Positions 46,757 to 58,936 of a DNA stretch of 64,000 bases are shown here, piece by piece. How positions within the stretch are numbered: position 1 is the first letter of the stretch; the number at the start of each line of letters is the position of its first letter. Source of the stretch: an uncultured Rhodospirillaceae bacterium (GTDB taxonomy: Bacteria > Pseudomonadota > Alphaproteobacteria > Rhodospirillales > Defluviicoccaceae). Below the pieces are notes generated by a model that was not told where the DNA came from, ran no database searches, and saw nothing but the letters and a program-made list of their open reading frames with translations. Position numbers and translations under genes: made by a program. The stretch covers positions 29,723-93,722 of the forward strand of contig CAZUDB010000002.1 in the NCBI GenBank assembly GCA_964619055.1. The letters run 5' to 3'.

Positions 46757-48085
46757 GTGCCCGAGGGTGCACCCCCATCGCCCCGGAGCGGCTCGATCGC
46801 GATAATCCTTAAAGGCTATCCCCGCCTGTCGGAGACATTCATCGCCCAGGAGATACGCGGCCTGGAACGCCGCGGCTTGTCACTGCGCCTTTACTCCCTT
46901 CGCCACCCCACGGACCATGCCACGCATCCGATCCATGCCGAGATCGAGGCACCCGTCGTCTATCTGCCCGAGTATCTTCACGACGCGCCGCGCCGTGTTG
47001 CGGCCGCTTGGCTGACCGTTCGACGTTGGCCGGGCACCCATGCTGCGCTTGTGCTGTGGCGACGCGATTTGACGGGTGATCCCAGTCGTAATCGGATCCG
47101 CCGTTTCGGCCAGGCGTGCGTCTTGGCCGCCGAACTCGCCGATGACGTGACCCATCTGCATGCTCATTTTCTGCATACGCCGGCATCGGTCACACGCTAT
47201 GCGGCAGTGATGCGCAGCTTGTCTTGGAGTGTTTCCGCCCATGCCAAGGACGTGTGGACGTTGCCCGACTGGGAGAAGCGCGAGAAGATCGCCTCCAGTC
47301 AATTCGTCGCTGCCTGCTCTGCTTACAACGCGGATCACCTGGCCGCTCTCGCACCGACGCCATCTCGCGTTCATCTCCTGTACCACGGCCTCGATTTGGA
47401 TCGGTTTCCACCGGCCGCGCGGATAAGGAGCGAACGCACTGGCGCTGATCCGAGAGACCCAGCAATCATCCTTTCGGTTGGGCGCCTAGTGGCCAAAAAG
47501 GGCTATGATGTGCTGCTTCAGGCGTTGGCGGCCTTACCCCCGGACTTGGCTTGGCGCTTCGTCCACATCGGAAGTGGACCATGTCAACCGGCGTTGGCTC
47601 GCCAATCTGCCGCCTTCGGCCTTACCGAGCGTGTCCAATGGTTGGGGGCGCAGTCCCAAAAGACCGTGCTGCGCTGTTTGCAAACGGCGGACCTGTTCGC
47701 ACTGGCATCCCGCATTACGGCTGACGGGGATCGCGACGGCTTGCCCAATGTCCTAATGGAGGCCCAGAGCCAGGGTTTGGCCTGTGTTGCCACGCGTGTT
47801 GCGGCAATTCCGGAGTTGATCACCCAAGAGCCCCGAAACCAGGCAACTGGTATGCTGGTCGCGCCAGATGACCCGCAAGCCCTATCCGAGGCGATCGCTC
47901 AGCTGATTGCAGATCCGGACCTGCGCGCCCGACTGGGCAGCGCTGGCGAAGCGCGGGTTCGCTCCAATTTCGATATGACCACGGGGCTCGACCGACTGGC
48001 TCAGTTACTGGCGCCCGGCCGCTTGCCTTCGAACAGCCCCGACAATGAGGTGAAAGCGTGCGCATCATCTTCCATGCGCCCCTGA
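46757..48085 (+). CDS. GT4-family glycosyltransferase
   Basis: 442 aa with GTG start 1 nt after the preceding stop. The C-terminal reads GRLVAKKGYDVLL...DGLPNVLMEAQSQGLACVAT. Confidence 0.78.
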   Translation: MPEGAPPSPRSGSIAIILKGYPRLSETFIAQEIRGLERRGLSLRLYSLRHPTDHATHPIHAEIEAPVVYLPEYLHDAPRRVAAAWLTVRRWPGTHAALVLWRRDLTGDPSRNRIRRFGQACVLAAELADDVTHLHAHFLHTPASVTRYAAVMRSLSWSVSAHAKDVWTLPDWEKREKIASSQFVAACSAYNADHLAALAPTPSRVHLLYHGLDLDRFPPAARIRSERTGADPRDPAIILSVGRLVAKKGYDVLLQALAALPPDLAWRFVHIGSGPCQPALARQSAAFGLTERVQWLGAQSQKTVLRCLQTADLFALASRITADGDRDGLPNVLMEAQSQGLACVATRVAAIPELITQEPRNQATGMLVAPDDPQALSEAIAQLIADPDLRARLGSAGEARVRSNFDMTTGLDRLAQLLAPGRLPSNSPDNEVKACASSSMRP

Positions 48086-49242
48086 AGCCTCCATCTCATC
48101 CGGTCCCCTCGGGCGATCGCCAGATGGCACGATTGTTCATGGCGGCGTTGGCTGCGGCCGGCCATGTGGTTAAGCTCGCGCCAGCGTTTCGGACATACGA
48201 CGGTTCCGGCGACCCTGCTCGCCAAGCACGGATCGCGGACCTAGGCCACAGTCTCGCCCAGCGGTGGCTCCAGCGCTGCGCTGCTGGTGATCCGTCCAGT
48301 CGGCCTGACCTTTGGTTCACCTACCATCTGTACCACAAAGCCCCCGATGTGTTGGGGCCAGCGATCAGCCAGGCCCTCGGCTGCGCGTACGTCGTTGCCG
48401 AAGCCTCCTATGCACCGAAGCGTATGGGTGGCCCGTGGGACCGGGGGCATCGAGCAGTTGCTGCCGCGCTCTCGAGGGCGGACCTGGTTCTGACGCTCAA
48501 CGAAGCCGACGCGCCGTGCCTGCTGCCCCTTCTCAAGCCCACATGCCGCCATGTTCTGTTCACCCCCTTTTTGGATGCCGCACCCCTGTTTGATGCCGCC
48601 AAATCGCGGTCCTGGCACCGCGCCGCGCTCAGTTGCCGTTGGGCTCTAGACCCGAGCGAGCCCTGGTTGATCGCCATGGCGATGATGCGCCCAGGCGCGA
48701 AACTGGCATCCTATCGCCTGTTGGCGGACGCTCTCGGTAGGACCACCCACCGGCGGTGGCGCTTGATCATTGTCGGCGATGGTCCGGCCGCGCCGGAGGT
48801 GCGAAACGCCTTTTCGCGAATTGCAGGGCGAGTGGTGTTCACCGGACAACTGGCGGCCGCGGACGTTGCTGCGCATTTGGCCGCCTGTGATCTTACGGTT
48901 TGGCCCGCCGTGGACGAGGCCTACGGGATGGCACTGCTCGAAGCTCAAGCGGCCGGATGTCCGGTTGTTGCCGGACGGACCGGTGGCGTACCTCGGATCG
49001 TCGCTCATGCGCGGACAGGTTGTTTGGTTCCCGTTGGCGACGTCTATGCGTTCGCGGACGCTGTGGGTGGCCTTCTGGAGGACCGCGAGGTCCTTTCCCG
49101 TTTGCGTTCGACGACCTGGAGCTACGTGAACGAACATCACAGCCTCCCGGCGGCAAGCCAGCGGCTCGATGCCCTACTTCGTCGGGCTAAAGGGCGCGCT
49201 GTTTCCGAGGCTTTGAAACGCGGGCTGATCTCCGCACACTAA
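48058..49242 (+). CDS. GT4-family glycosyltransferase
   Basis: 394 aa with GTG start overlapping the previous gene by 28 nt. It starts MRIIFHAPLKPPSHPVPSGDRQMAR and carries EAYGMALLEAQAAGCPVVA. Confidence 0.75.
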   Translation: MRIIFHAPLKPPSHPVPSGDRQMARLFMAALAAAGHVVKLAPAFRTYDGSGDPARQARIADLGHSLAQRWLQRCAAGDPSSRPDLWFTYHLYHKAPDVLGPAISQALGCAYVVAEASYAPKRMGGPWDRGHRAVAAALSRADLVLTLNEADAPCLLPLLKPTCRHVLFTPFLDAAPLFDAAKSRSWHRAALSCRWALDPSEPWLIAMAMMRPGAKLASYRLLADALGRTTHRRWRLIIVGDGPAAPEVRNAFSRIAGRVVFTGQLAAADVAAHLAACDLTVWPAVDEAYGMALLEAQAAGCPVVAGRTGGVPRIVAHARTGCLVPVGDVYAFADAVGGLLEDREVLSRLRSTTWSYVNEHHSLPAASQRLDALLRRAKGRAVSEALKRGLISAH

Positions 49243-49264
49243 GGGGCACTCTGGAGCAGCCGTC

Positions 49265-50428
49265 ATGTCCCTGCGCGTCTTGTTTTATGTCCAACACCTG
49301 TTGGGGATCGGCCACCTAAAACGGGCCGCCGCGCTTGCCGACGCCATGGTGCGGGACGGCTTACAGGTCCGCGTTGTGCTCGGTGGGTCGCAGGTACCGG
49401 GTATCCGTTTCGATGGTTGCGCTAGGGTTACACTGCCCGCCATTCGTTCCTTTGATAGCACATTTTCTAAGTTGGTGACTGACGGCGGTGAGCCCCTGGA
49501 TGACGACTTTCGTGACCGCCGGCGCGATCGGCTCCTCTACGAGTTCGCCACCGCCCGCCCCGATGTCGTTTTGATCGAGCAGTTTCCCTTTGGCCGTCGA
49601 GCCTTTCGGTTCGAGTTGATGCCGCTGATTGCCGCAGCCCGCTCAGCACGCCCGGAGCCGCGGCTGCTCAGTTCCGTTCGCGACATTGTGGTACGCAAGC
49701 GAGATCCGGCCCGCAACGACGACATGGTCCGTTTGGCGCAGCGCTGGTTCGACCTTGTGCTTGTGCATGGAGATCCGGAGCTGGCTCCACTGACGGACTC
49801 CCTGCCCGAGGCGACCGCCCTCACAGATAAGCTTTGCTACACAGGATATGTCTGCCGGCGGCATGTTCCTGCCGCGACCGCGTCAGCGTCATTGCGGAAG
49901 GCAAGGGCGGGAACGGGGGAGGTTATCGTTTCCGTTGGCGGCGGTGCCGTGGGCGAGGCCCTGTTGCGGTGCGCGTTGCAGGCACGCCCGATCAGCTCAC
50001 TGGCGAACCGGCCGTGGCGGCTGATTGCGGGCCCCAATCTGCCGGCGGGCACCTTCTCCGATCTCGTGTGGGCGGCGCCGGACGGGGTCATCGTGAACCG
50101 GTGGCGCGACGATATGCCGATCCTGTTGCGCAATTGCATCGTGTCCGTATCGCAAGCGGGCTACAACACCGTTTGTGACCTCCTTCAGGCGAGTACATCT
50201 GCGGTTCTGGTGCCGTTTGCAGACGGTGCGGAAACCGAGCAGACGATCCGCGCCGAGGCGCTTGCCAAATGCAATGCCGCCGTTATGGTCCATCCGAACG
50301 CGTTGACGCCGAAGACTCTCGCTGAGGCGATTGCCACGGCAACATCACGGCCTCCCATGCCTGCGGGCTTGGTGGCGCTGGACGGCGCTGCTATGGCGGC
50401 CCGGGTGGTGGCTTCTAGGCCGTCGTGA
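49265..50428 (+). CDS. Glycosyltransferase, GT28-like fold (COG4671-type), copy 2
   Basis: 387 aa with VLFYVQHLLGIGHLKRAAALADAM and SQAGYNTVCDLL. It is a paralogue of 45523..46755. Confidence 0.7.
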   Translation: MSLRVLFYVQHLLGIGHLKRAAALADAMVRDGLQVRVVLGGSQVPGIRFDGCARVTLPAIRSFDSTFSKLVTDGGEPLDDDFRDRRRDRLLYEFATARPDVVLIEQFPFGRRAFRFELMPLIAAARSARPEPRLLSSVRDIVVRKRDPARNDDMVRLAQRWFDLVLVHGDPELAPLTDSLPEATALTDKLCYTGYVCRRHVPAATASASLRKARAGTGEVIVSVGGGAVGEALLRCALQARPISSLANRPWRLIAGPNLPAGTFSDLVWAAPDGVIVNRWRDDMPILLRNCIVSVSQAGYNTVCDLLQASTSAVLVPFADGAETEQTIRAEALAKCNAAVMVHPNALTPKTLAEAIATATSRPPMPAGLVALDGAAMAARVVASRPS

Positions 50429-50515
50429 TGGCGTGCGGATCGCTGGCTAATGAGACAGCGCAACCGCTTTGCTTTGGTGGTGTTCGGCGACGAGTGAAAA
50501 CCGCCGGGGGTTGGC

Positions 50516-51313
50516 ATGACCGGTTGGGAAGGCCTGACGGACGAATTGGATGCTTGGTCGAGCGCCGGCCGTGTCGCGACCCTGTGGTGGCGCGACGACG
50601 ATGCAACGCGGGCGTCGCCTGACCTGGAGCGACTCCTGGATTTGAGCGACCGATTCGGTGTGCCGGTTGCTTTGGCGGTTATTCCGCGAGACATCGATCC
50701 CTCATTAACCTCTGCGATAGTGGGCCGAGCCGCAGTCGCCACACTTCAGCACGGCTGGAGCCACGACGATCACGCGGTCGACGGCGATCGCAAAGAGGAG
50801 CACGGGCCGGACCGACCCCGTGATGTCGTGCTCGATGAATTGGCTGAAGGATGGAGGCGGATCCGTACCCTTCCCGGCAGCTTGCCTGTATATGTCGCCC
50901 CGTGGAATCGCCTCGATCCTTCGTTGATCTCGCATCTTCCGTCCGTTGGCTTGCATGCCGTATCGACCGATCATGCGCGCTCGGCCGCTGAACCAGAGGC
51001 TGGGGTGCGCCGTACGAACATTCACTGTGATCCCATCGATTGGCATGGCGGTGGCCGCTTCGGAGGTGACGAGGCTGCGTTGGGGCAGGTAATCGAACAT
51101 CTTGCCAACCGTCGCACCAACCGCGTCGATGCCTATGAGCCGACGGGACTTATGACCCACCACCAGTTTCATGACCCCGAATGTTGGACGTTCGTTGGCC
51201 GACTGCTTGCGCATACGCTTGCCCATCCGGCCGCTCGGTGGCTTTCCGCGCGCGACGCATTTTGGCCCGATGGCGACGTGCCGACGGTGCATGTGGCCGA
51301 GCGTCGCACATGA
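50516..51313 (+). CDS. Polysaccharide deacetylase-like protein (divergent)
   Basis: 265 aa with ATLWWRDDDAT...GVPVALAVIP...LQHGWSHDDH, resembling a NodB/DUF2334-type deacetylase layout. The assignment is by motif resemblance only. Confidence 0.5.
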   Translation: MTGWEGLTDELDAWSSAGRVATLWWRDDDATRASPDLERLLDLSDRFGVPVALAVIPRDIDPSLTSAIVGRAAVATLQHGWSHDDHAVDGDRKEEHGPDRPRDVVLDELAEGWRRIRTLPGSLPVYVAPWNRLDPSLISHLPSVGLHAVSTDHARSAAEPEAGVRRTNIHCDPIDWHGGGRFGGDEAALGQVIEHLANRRTNRVDAYEPTGLMTHHQFHDPECWTFVGRLLAHTLAHPAARWLSARDAFWPDGDVPTVHVAERRT

Positions 51314-51821
51314 CCGCAGCCACACTGACTTATCCATGGGACGACGTGGCCGCTGACTATCTCCGGGCGGGCGTCGGGCTCGGCCTCACGTTGGTTCCAC
51401 TTATCGCTTTGGAGACCGCAATACCGGTAGCGGCAGTTCTGTCGGGGGCCGCGTTGCTGTTTGGCGCGTTCGCGGTTCGTACCATCAATCTGCACTTGTC
51501 CCGGATTGAGGTGGATGACGTGGGACTCCGCCATGCAGGTTTAGTGACGCGCGCAATCCGCTGGTCCGATCTGGACGGCTTGACGCTTGCCTTCTATGCG
51601 CATCGGCGTGATCGCAGCGAAGGTTGGATGCGCCTTCGCTTGAGTGGCCAGGGCCAGCGTTTGGCGGTCGAGTCGGGACTTCAAGGTTTTGAGGCCTTGG
51701 CCGAACGCGCTTTGCGGGCGGCGCGGGACAATGGCATCACATTAGACGAAAGGTCGCTTGCTAACCTGGAAACCCTTGGCGTCAACCGGCAAGCGGATGG
51801 AGCGCTGCTCGGGAGGCTGCC

Positions 51822-51825
<4 letters not shown>
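51310..51825 (+). CDS. Two-TM membrane protein of unknown function
   Basis: ORF 51181..51825 was trimmed to MTAATLTYPW at 51310 (ATGA overlap with the deacetylase stop). It has two hydrophobic helices followed by a soluble domain. Its stop overlaps the GTG start of the ABC ATPase. Confidence 0.5.
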
Positions 51826-53747
<1,922 letters not shown>

Positions 53748-53893
53748 CGGTGGCCGCTTTAACGGTTCGCCGTGCTTCTTGTTGTGTTATGGACGAGGTA
53801 TGGTGCTCCGGTCGTAGGACAATGATCGGACCAAAAACGAACCAGACGGTGACTCGCTGAATCGCCAAGATCTGGATAGCGGAGAACGAGAGT

Positions 53894-55819
53894 ATGTCAG
53901 GGTCTCATACGCCGATCCTTACAAAGATCGTGAGCGTCAATGTCGTCGTTCTCATCTGCCTCTTGGCGAGTTCCAAGGGTCTGGCCACCACTTATATGGA
54001 GCCGCCGGTTCTGAAGTCACGTGTGGAGGCGGGTCAGCTGCCGCCAGTTCGGGACCGGCTTCCCAAGGAGCCGTTTGTCGTTGATCTGGCTGCCGAAAAC
54101 AAACAGCCGGGCAACTATGGCGGTACCCTGAAGACAATGATGGGCCGCGAGAAAGACACCCGTATGATGGTTGTTTACGGCTATGCCCGTCTGGTCGGGT
54201 ATGGCCCTGATTGGGCTCTGCGCCCGGACATATTGGCGCGAGTCGACAATGACGGAGATCGCAGCTTCACCTTCCATCTGCGTCCGGGCCACAAGTGGTC
54301 TGATGGTGCCCCGTTCACGTCTGAGGATTTTCGCTACGTTTGGGACGATGTTCTGACCAACGAAGAAATGTCTCCTGGCGGATTGCCGGCCTTTCTTTTG
54401 GTCGATGGCCGACCGCCGGTGTTCGAGGTTATCGACGAGGTGACGGTGCGTTACACCTGGGACAAGCCAAATCGTGGCTTTCTGCCGGCATTGGCCGGCG
54501 CCCGGCCCGAGTATCTTTATTTGCCTGCGCATTTTTTGAAGCCGTTCCACGCCAAGTATGCCGAGCCCGAGGCCTTGAAAGCGAAAATCGCCGAAGAAGG
54601 CCAGCGGAATTGGATCGCTTTGCATTTTAGAAAAGCTCAGCCCTACAAGAACGACGATCCGGAATTGCCGTCGCTGCAGCCGTGGATCCTCGAAACAGCC
54701 CCGCCCTCAAACTTGTTCTCGTTTCGGCGGAACCCGTACTTCCACCGCGTCGATCCGACCGGAAAACAGCTCCCCTACATTGACGAGGTGAAGTTCACGG
54801 TCGTCAATTCGAAGCTGATTCCGGCCAAGGCAGCCGCGGGCGACAGCGATTTGCAAGCGCGCGGTCTCGGATTTGAGAACTACGCAATCCTGAAGCAAGG
54901 AGAAGAGGATCGGGACTTTAAAGTCCGCCTGTGGCGTTCCGCAGCTGGCTCCGAAATGGCGCTCTACCCAAACTTGAATGTCACGGATTCGAACTGGCAA
55001 ATGCTCATTCGCAACGCCGATTTTCGGCGTGCTCTTTCGCTTGGGATCAATCGCGAAGAAATCAACCAAACCATCTATTTTGGCTTGGCCGAAACCGGCA
55101 ACAACACCGTCTTGAAAGAAAGCCCACTGTACAAAAGCGAGTTTGCGCAGGCGTGGACTGAATTCGACACCAAGAAAGCGGCGGCGCTTTTGGACCAGAT
55201 CGGCCTGTCGAACAAGGATGATCGCGGTGTTCGTTTGCTTCCCGATGGCCGGCCGGCGGAAATCATCGTAGAGACCGCCGGCGAGGATCCGACGGAAACT
55301 GATATTCTGCAACTGATCCGCGATACGTGGACGCCGCTCGGCATCAAGCTCCACATCAAGCCACTGCAGCGTGAGGTGTTTCGCAACCGGATTTTTGCAG
55401 GCGAGACCCTGTTGGCGATTTGGAAGGGCATGGAGAACGCGGTTCCGACCGCGGACATGGTGCCGTTTGAGCTGGCTCCGACCCATCAAATGCAATATGC
55501 GTGGCCTAAATGGGGCCTCTACGCTGAGACCCGCGGCCAGGCGGGAGAGGAAATCGATCTGGATGCTGTTCAGGAATTGGCAGCGCTCTTTCAGAAATGG
55601 GAGCAGGCTCCGGACAGCGAAACCCGGCGTGACATCTGGCAGCAGATGCTCGCCATTCATGCGGAGCAACAGTTTACGATTGGCATCGTTCGTGGCGTTC
55701 CACAACCGGTCGTAGTGAACTTGGCGCTGCGCAACGTCCCCGAAAGCGCGATCTACAATTGGGAACCTGGTGCTCATTTTGGGGTCCACCGTCCGGATAC
55801 GTTCTGGTTCGCCCGCTAA
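53894..55819 (+). CDS. Family-5 (peptide/nickel-type) periplasmic substrate-binding protein
   Basis: 641 aa with a signal peptide and SBP_bac_5-like sequence (YGGTLKTMM, FTFHLRPGHKWSDGAPFTSEDF). Confidence 0.85.
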   Translation: MSGSHTPILTKIVSVNVVVLICLLASSKGLATTYMEPPVLKSRVEAGQLPPVRDRLPKEPFVVDLAAENKQPGNYGGTLKTMMGREKDTRMMVVYGYARLVGYGPDWALRPDILARVDNDGDRSFTFHLRPGHKWSDGAPFTSEDFRYVWDDVLTNEEMSPGGLPAFLLVDGRPPVFEVIDEVTVRYTWDKPNRGFLPALAGARPEYLYLPAHFLKPFHAKYAEPEALKAKIAEEGQRNWIALHFRKAQPYKNDDPELPSLQPWILETAPPSNLFSFRRNPYFHRVDPTGKQLPYIDEVKFTVVNSKLIPAKAAAGDSDLQARGLGFENYAILKQGEEDRDFKVRLWRSAAGSEMALYPNLNVTDSNWQMLIRNADFRRALSLGINREEINQTIYFGLAETGNNTVLKESPLYKSEFAQAWTEFDTKKAAALLDQIGLSNKDDRGVRLLPDGRPAEIIVETAGEDPTETDILQLIRDTWTPLGIKLHIKPLQREVFRNRIFAGETLLAIWKGMENAVPTADMVPFELAPTHQMQYAWPKWGLYAETRGQAGEEIDLDAVQELAALFQKWEQAPDSETRRDIWQQMLAIHAEQQFTIGIVRGVPQPVVVNLALRNVPESAIYNWEPGAHFGVHRPDTFWFAR

Positions 55820-55865
55820 GGTAACGGCGGCCGGCGACGGGGCGGTGTAGGGTTTTTGGTAGATC

Positions 55866-56864
55866 ATGCTGACGTATCTCGGCCGCCGGTTGTTGACCAT
55901 GGCACTTACGCTGCTCGCCATCAGCGGCCTTGTGTTCATCATTATCCAGCTGCCTCCTGGCGACTATTTAAGCGCGTACATCGCGGAGCTTGAAGCACAA
56001 GGCGAGCTGGTTCCTCGTGAAAAAATTGATTTTTTGCGGGAACAGTACGGCTTAGACAAGCCAATGTATGAACAGTATTTTTTGTGGCTTTTGGGTTTAC
56101 TTCAAGGGGATTTGGGTTACTCTTTCGAGCATAATCTTCCGGTATCTGAGGTGGTTGGTGATAGACTACTTCTTACGCTTGTTTTGAATTTTGCAACAAT
56201 CCTCTTCATTTACGTCGTAGCATTTCCGATCGGTGTGTACTCGGCGACTCACCAATACAGCTGGGGAGACCACGGACTTACCTTTCTCGGATTTTTGGGC
56301 CTTGCCACGCCAAACTTCCTGCTTGCGCTGATCCTGATGTATCTGGCCAACGTGTGGTTTGGGACATCTATCGGCACCCTGATTGGCGAGGAGTACATCA
56401 ACGCGCCCTGGTCTGTGGACAAAGCGCTGTCAGTCCTGGAGCACCTGTGGGTGCCGGTGATCGTCATTGGCACATCCGGAACGGCCGGTATGATCCGGCG
56501 GCTTCGCGCCAATCTGCTGGACGAGCTGCAGAAGCAGTATGTCACGACAGGCCGGGCTAAGGGCCTGCCGCCGGGTCGGCTGCTCGTCAAGTATCCGCTG
56601 CGCATGGCGCTGAACCCGTTCATTGCCGATATCGGCAATTTGCTGCCACAGGTCGTCTCCGGTTCCGTGATCGTGTCGGCCGTGATGTCATTGCAGACAA
56701 CCGGACCCATGCTGCTGCAATCCCTGCAGAGCCAGGACATGTATCTGGCTGGTTCTTTCCTGATGTTTCTCGCCGTTTTAACGGTAATCGGCATGTTCGT
56801 GTCCGACGTGCTGCTGGCCGCACTCGATCCACGGATCCGGCTGGGTGGAGGCACCAGCAGATGA
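55866..56864 (+). CDS. ABC importer permease (DppB/YejB-like)
   Basis: 332 aa starting MLTYLGRRLLTMALTLLAISGLVFIIIQLPPGD, with the EAA-loop region QYVTTGRAKGLPPGRLLVKYPLR. Confidence 0.9.
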   Translation: MLTYLGRRLLTMALTLLAISGLVFIIIQLPPGDYLSAYIAELEAQGELVPREKIDFLREQYGLDKPMYEQYFLWLLGLLQGDLGYSFEHNLPVSEVVGDRLLLTLVLNFATILFIYVVAFPIGVYSATHQYSWGDHGLTFLGFLGLATPNFLLALILMYLANVWFGTSIGTLIGEEYINAPWSVDKALSVLEHLWVPVIVIGTSGTAGMIRRLRANLLDELQKQYVTTGRAKGLPPGRLLVKYPLRMALNPFIADIGNLLPQVVSGSVIVSAVMSLQTTGPMLLQSLQSQDMYLAGSFLMFLAVLTVIGMFVSDVLLAALDPRIRLGGGTSR

Positions 56865-58015
56865 CGAGCAGGCTGCCTCACTACGTCTCGGATGCCCCCT
56901 TCGACGTCCATTCGGTGGAGGAGCTGACACCCGAGCAAGAGAAGCTCTATATGGCGTCGCAATGGCGCATGATCTGGTGGCGGTTTCGCCACCATCGCTT
57001 GGCCGTTGCCGCAGCGCTCATTCTGCTGATCGCATATGTGTCAATCCTGTTCACCGAGATTATCGCCCCTTACGACCTCAACACTCGGAACACGGGCCAC
57101 ATCTACGCGCCACCCCAGATGGTCAGACTGTTCCATGAGGGTGAGCTGGTCGGTCCGTTCGTCTACGGCCTTAACTATGAGCTGAATCTGGAGACGTTGA
57201 AGCGGGAGTACATGGTCGACCGGACCCAGGTAGAGCGCTTGCGTTTTTTCTGTCGCGGCGATCCTTACGCGTTCTGGGGCTTGATCGATGCTGACTTCCA
57301 TCTGGTCTGTCCTGCTAGGGATGGCACGTTGTTCCTGCTCGGGACCGACCGGCTGGGGCGGGATATCTTTTCTCGAATCATCTATGGAGCGCGGATCTCG
57401 CTGACGGTGGGGTTGATTGGAATCACTATAAGCTTCGTGCTCGGTATAACCATTGGCGGCTTGGCCGGTTACTTCGGTGGATGGGTGGATAACATCGTCC
57501 AGCGCGTTATCGAGGTCCTAAGATCATTGCCCGAATTACCGCTATGGATGGCGTTGTCGGCTGCCTTGCCGATCACGTGGAGCCCGATTCTTGTCTATCT
57601 CGGCATCACGGTGATCCTCGGTTTGCTGGATTGGCCCGGACTGGCGCGAGCCGTGCGTTCGAAACTGCTAGCACTCAGGGAAGAGGATTTTTGTGAGGCA
57701 GCGCGCCTGATGGGAGCCAAGCCGGGCCGGGTGATCAGCCGTCACTTGCTTCCGAACTTCATGAGCCACTTGATCGCGTCTGCGACTTTGTCGGTTCCGT
57801 CCATGATCCTCGGCGAAACAGCCCTCAGTTTCCTGGGTCTTGGGCTCAGACCACCCATTACGAGTTGGGGTGTGTTGCTGACCGAGGCTCAGAACATTGA
57901 GGCTGTGGCCATCTACCCATGGCTGCTGACGCCCATGGTTCCAGTGATCATCGTCGTGCTCGCCTTCAACTTCATGGGGGATGGCTTGCGTGACGCCGCC
58001 GATCCATACAGTTGA
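56861..58015 (+). CDS. ABC importer permease (DppC/YejE-like)
   Basis: 384 aa with an ATGA overlap with the preceding permease. It carries GTDRLGRDIFSRIIYGARISL and EDFCEAARLMGAKPGRVISRHLLPN. Confidence 0.9.
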   Translation: MTSRLPHYVSDAPFDVHSVEELTPEQEKLYMASQWRMIWWRFRHHRLAVAAALILLIAYVSILFTEIIAPYDLNTRNTGHIYAPPQMVRLFHEGELVGPFVYGLNYELNLETLKREYMVDRTQVERLRFFCRGDPYAFWGLIDADFHLVCPARDGTLFLLGTDRLGRDIFSRIIYGARISLTVGLIGITISFVLGITIGGLAGYFGGWVDNIVQRVIEVLRSLPELPLWMALSAALPITWSPILVYLGITVILGLLDWPGLARAVRSKLLALREEDFCEAARLMGAKPGRVISRHLLPNFMSHLIASATLSVPSMILGETALSFLGLGLRPPITSWGVLLTEAQNIEAVAIYPWLLTPMVPVIIVVLAFNFMGDGLRDAADPYS

Positions 58016-58021
58016 TTGCCG

Positions 58022-58066
58022 GGTGGAGGTATGGCGTTAAGCGCCCGTGCCAACTCACCTTTTTTT
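58022..58066 (+). terminator. Rho-independent terminator candidate after the ABC operon
   Basis: An imperfect compound hairpin (GGTGGAG...GGCGttaaGCGCC...CTCACC) is followed by T7 (58060-58066). Confidence 0.4.
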
Positions 58067-58191
58067 GGTTGCGGCAATGTGTTCGGCGGACGGGGTAAAA
58101 GCGCTGGTTGAGGCTGGAACGGTTTCGTACAGTACACATGCTGAAGCAGCGGTATACGAGATGAACAGATCCGAGGCCGGGGAGGGCGTCG

Positions 58192-58827
58192 ATGCGACCA
58201 CGGATTGGGGCCATCGGTAGGACCATCGGCCTTAGCGTTGTGGTGACGTGTCTCAGCGCCGGAGTTTTGTCGGCCGATGGCGACTTGGACGCGCATCCAC
58301 CGGTCCAGGATGCCGCCGATCTGAGCCGTGAGGAGGCGATCGACTATTATGAGGGGATGGTTGACCGCATGGAGCGGCGCTATGCCATCTCTCAAGATCC
58401 CACCGCTATGAACTATCGGCGTTGGTACCTCTACAACGACGCTCCCTACCGCTCCGCGACGCACGGCAATCGCTATGTCAACAGCTACGCCAACGGCATC
58501 GCACGACGGGCAGGTTACGGACACCTACAGCCGGGTGAGAGTTTGCCACCGGGATCGATTCTGGCAAAAGACAGTTTCTCGGTAACAACCATTCGCGAGC
58601 GGCTGCCGGGAGCGTTGTTCATCATGGAGAAGCTGAAAGCTGGCGTCAGTCCAGACACCGGAGACTGGCGCTACGCCATGATCATGCCCGATGGCAGCTA
58701 CTTCGGCGACACCAGCGGTATCGCGCCGGAGAATGTCGAATTCTGCACGGGCTGCCATGCGCAGCGTGCAGACACGGACCATGTGTTTTTTGTCCCGGAC
58801 GATGCCCGTCTGCCGATGGGCCGATGA
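58192..58827 (+). CDS. Cytochrome P460-family periplasmic haem protein
   Basis: 211 aa with a signal peptide and a single C-terminal CxxCH (FCTGCHAQRADTDHVF). It also has YRSATHGNRYVNSYAN, GSILAKDSF and GDWRYAMIMPDGSY, matching the P460 family layout as I remember it. Confidence 0.62.
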   Translation: MRPRIGAIGRTIGLSVVVTCLSAGVLSADGDLDAHPPVQDAADLSREEAIDYYEGMVDRMERRYAISQDPTAMNYRRWYLYNDAPYRSATHGNRYVNSYANGIARRAGYGHLQPGESLPPGSILAKDSFSVTTIRERLPGALFIMEKLKAGVSPDTGDWRYAMIMPDGSYFGDTSGIAPENVEFCTGCHAQRADTDHVFFVPDDARLPMGR

Positions 58828-58936
58828 CGGCAAGCGGTGAACGAGTCGCAATGATCCACCAACGAGACGGCTTTCCAATTGTGCGTCAAGTATCCGTGTG
58901 GCCCGATCTACGGCGGGCGTTCACTGGGCCCGCTGG

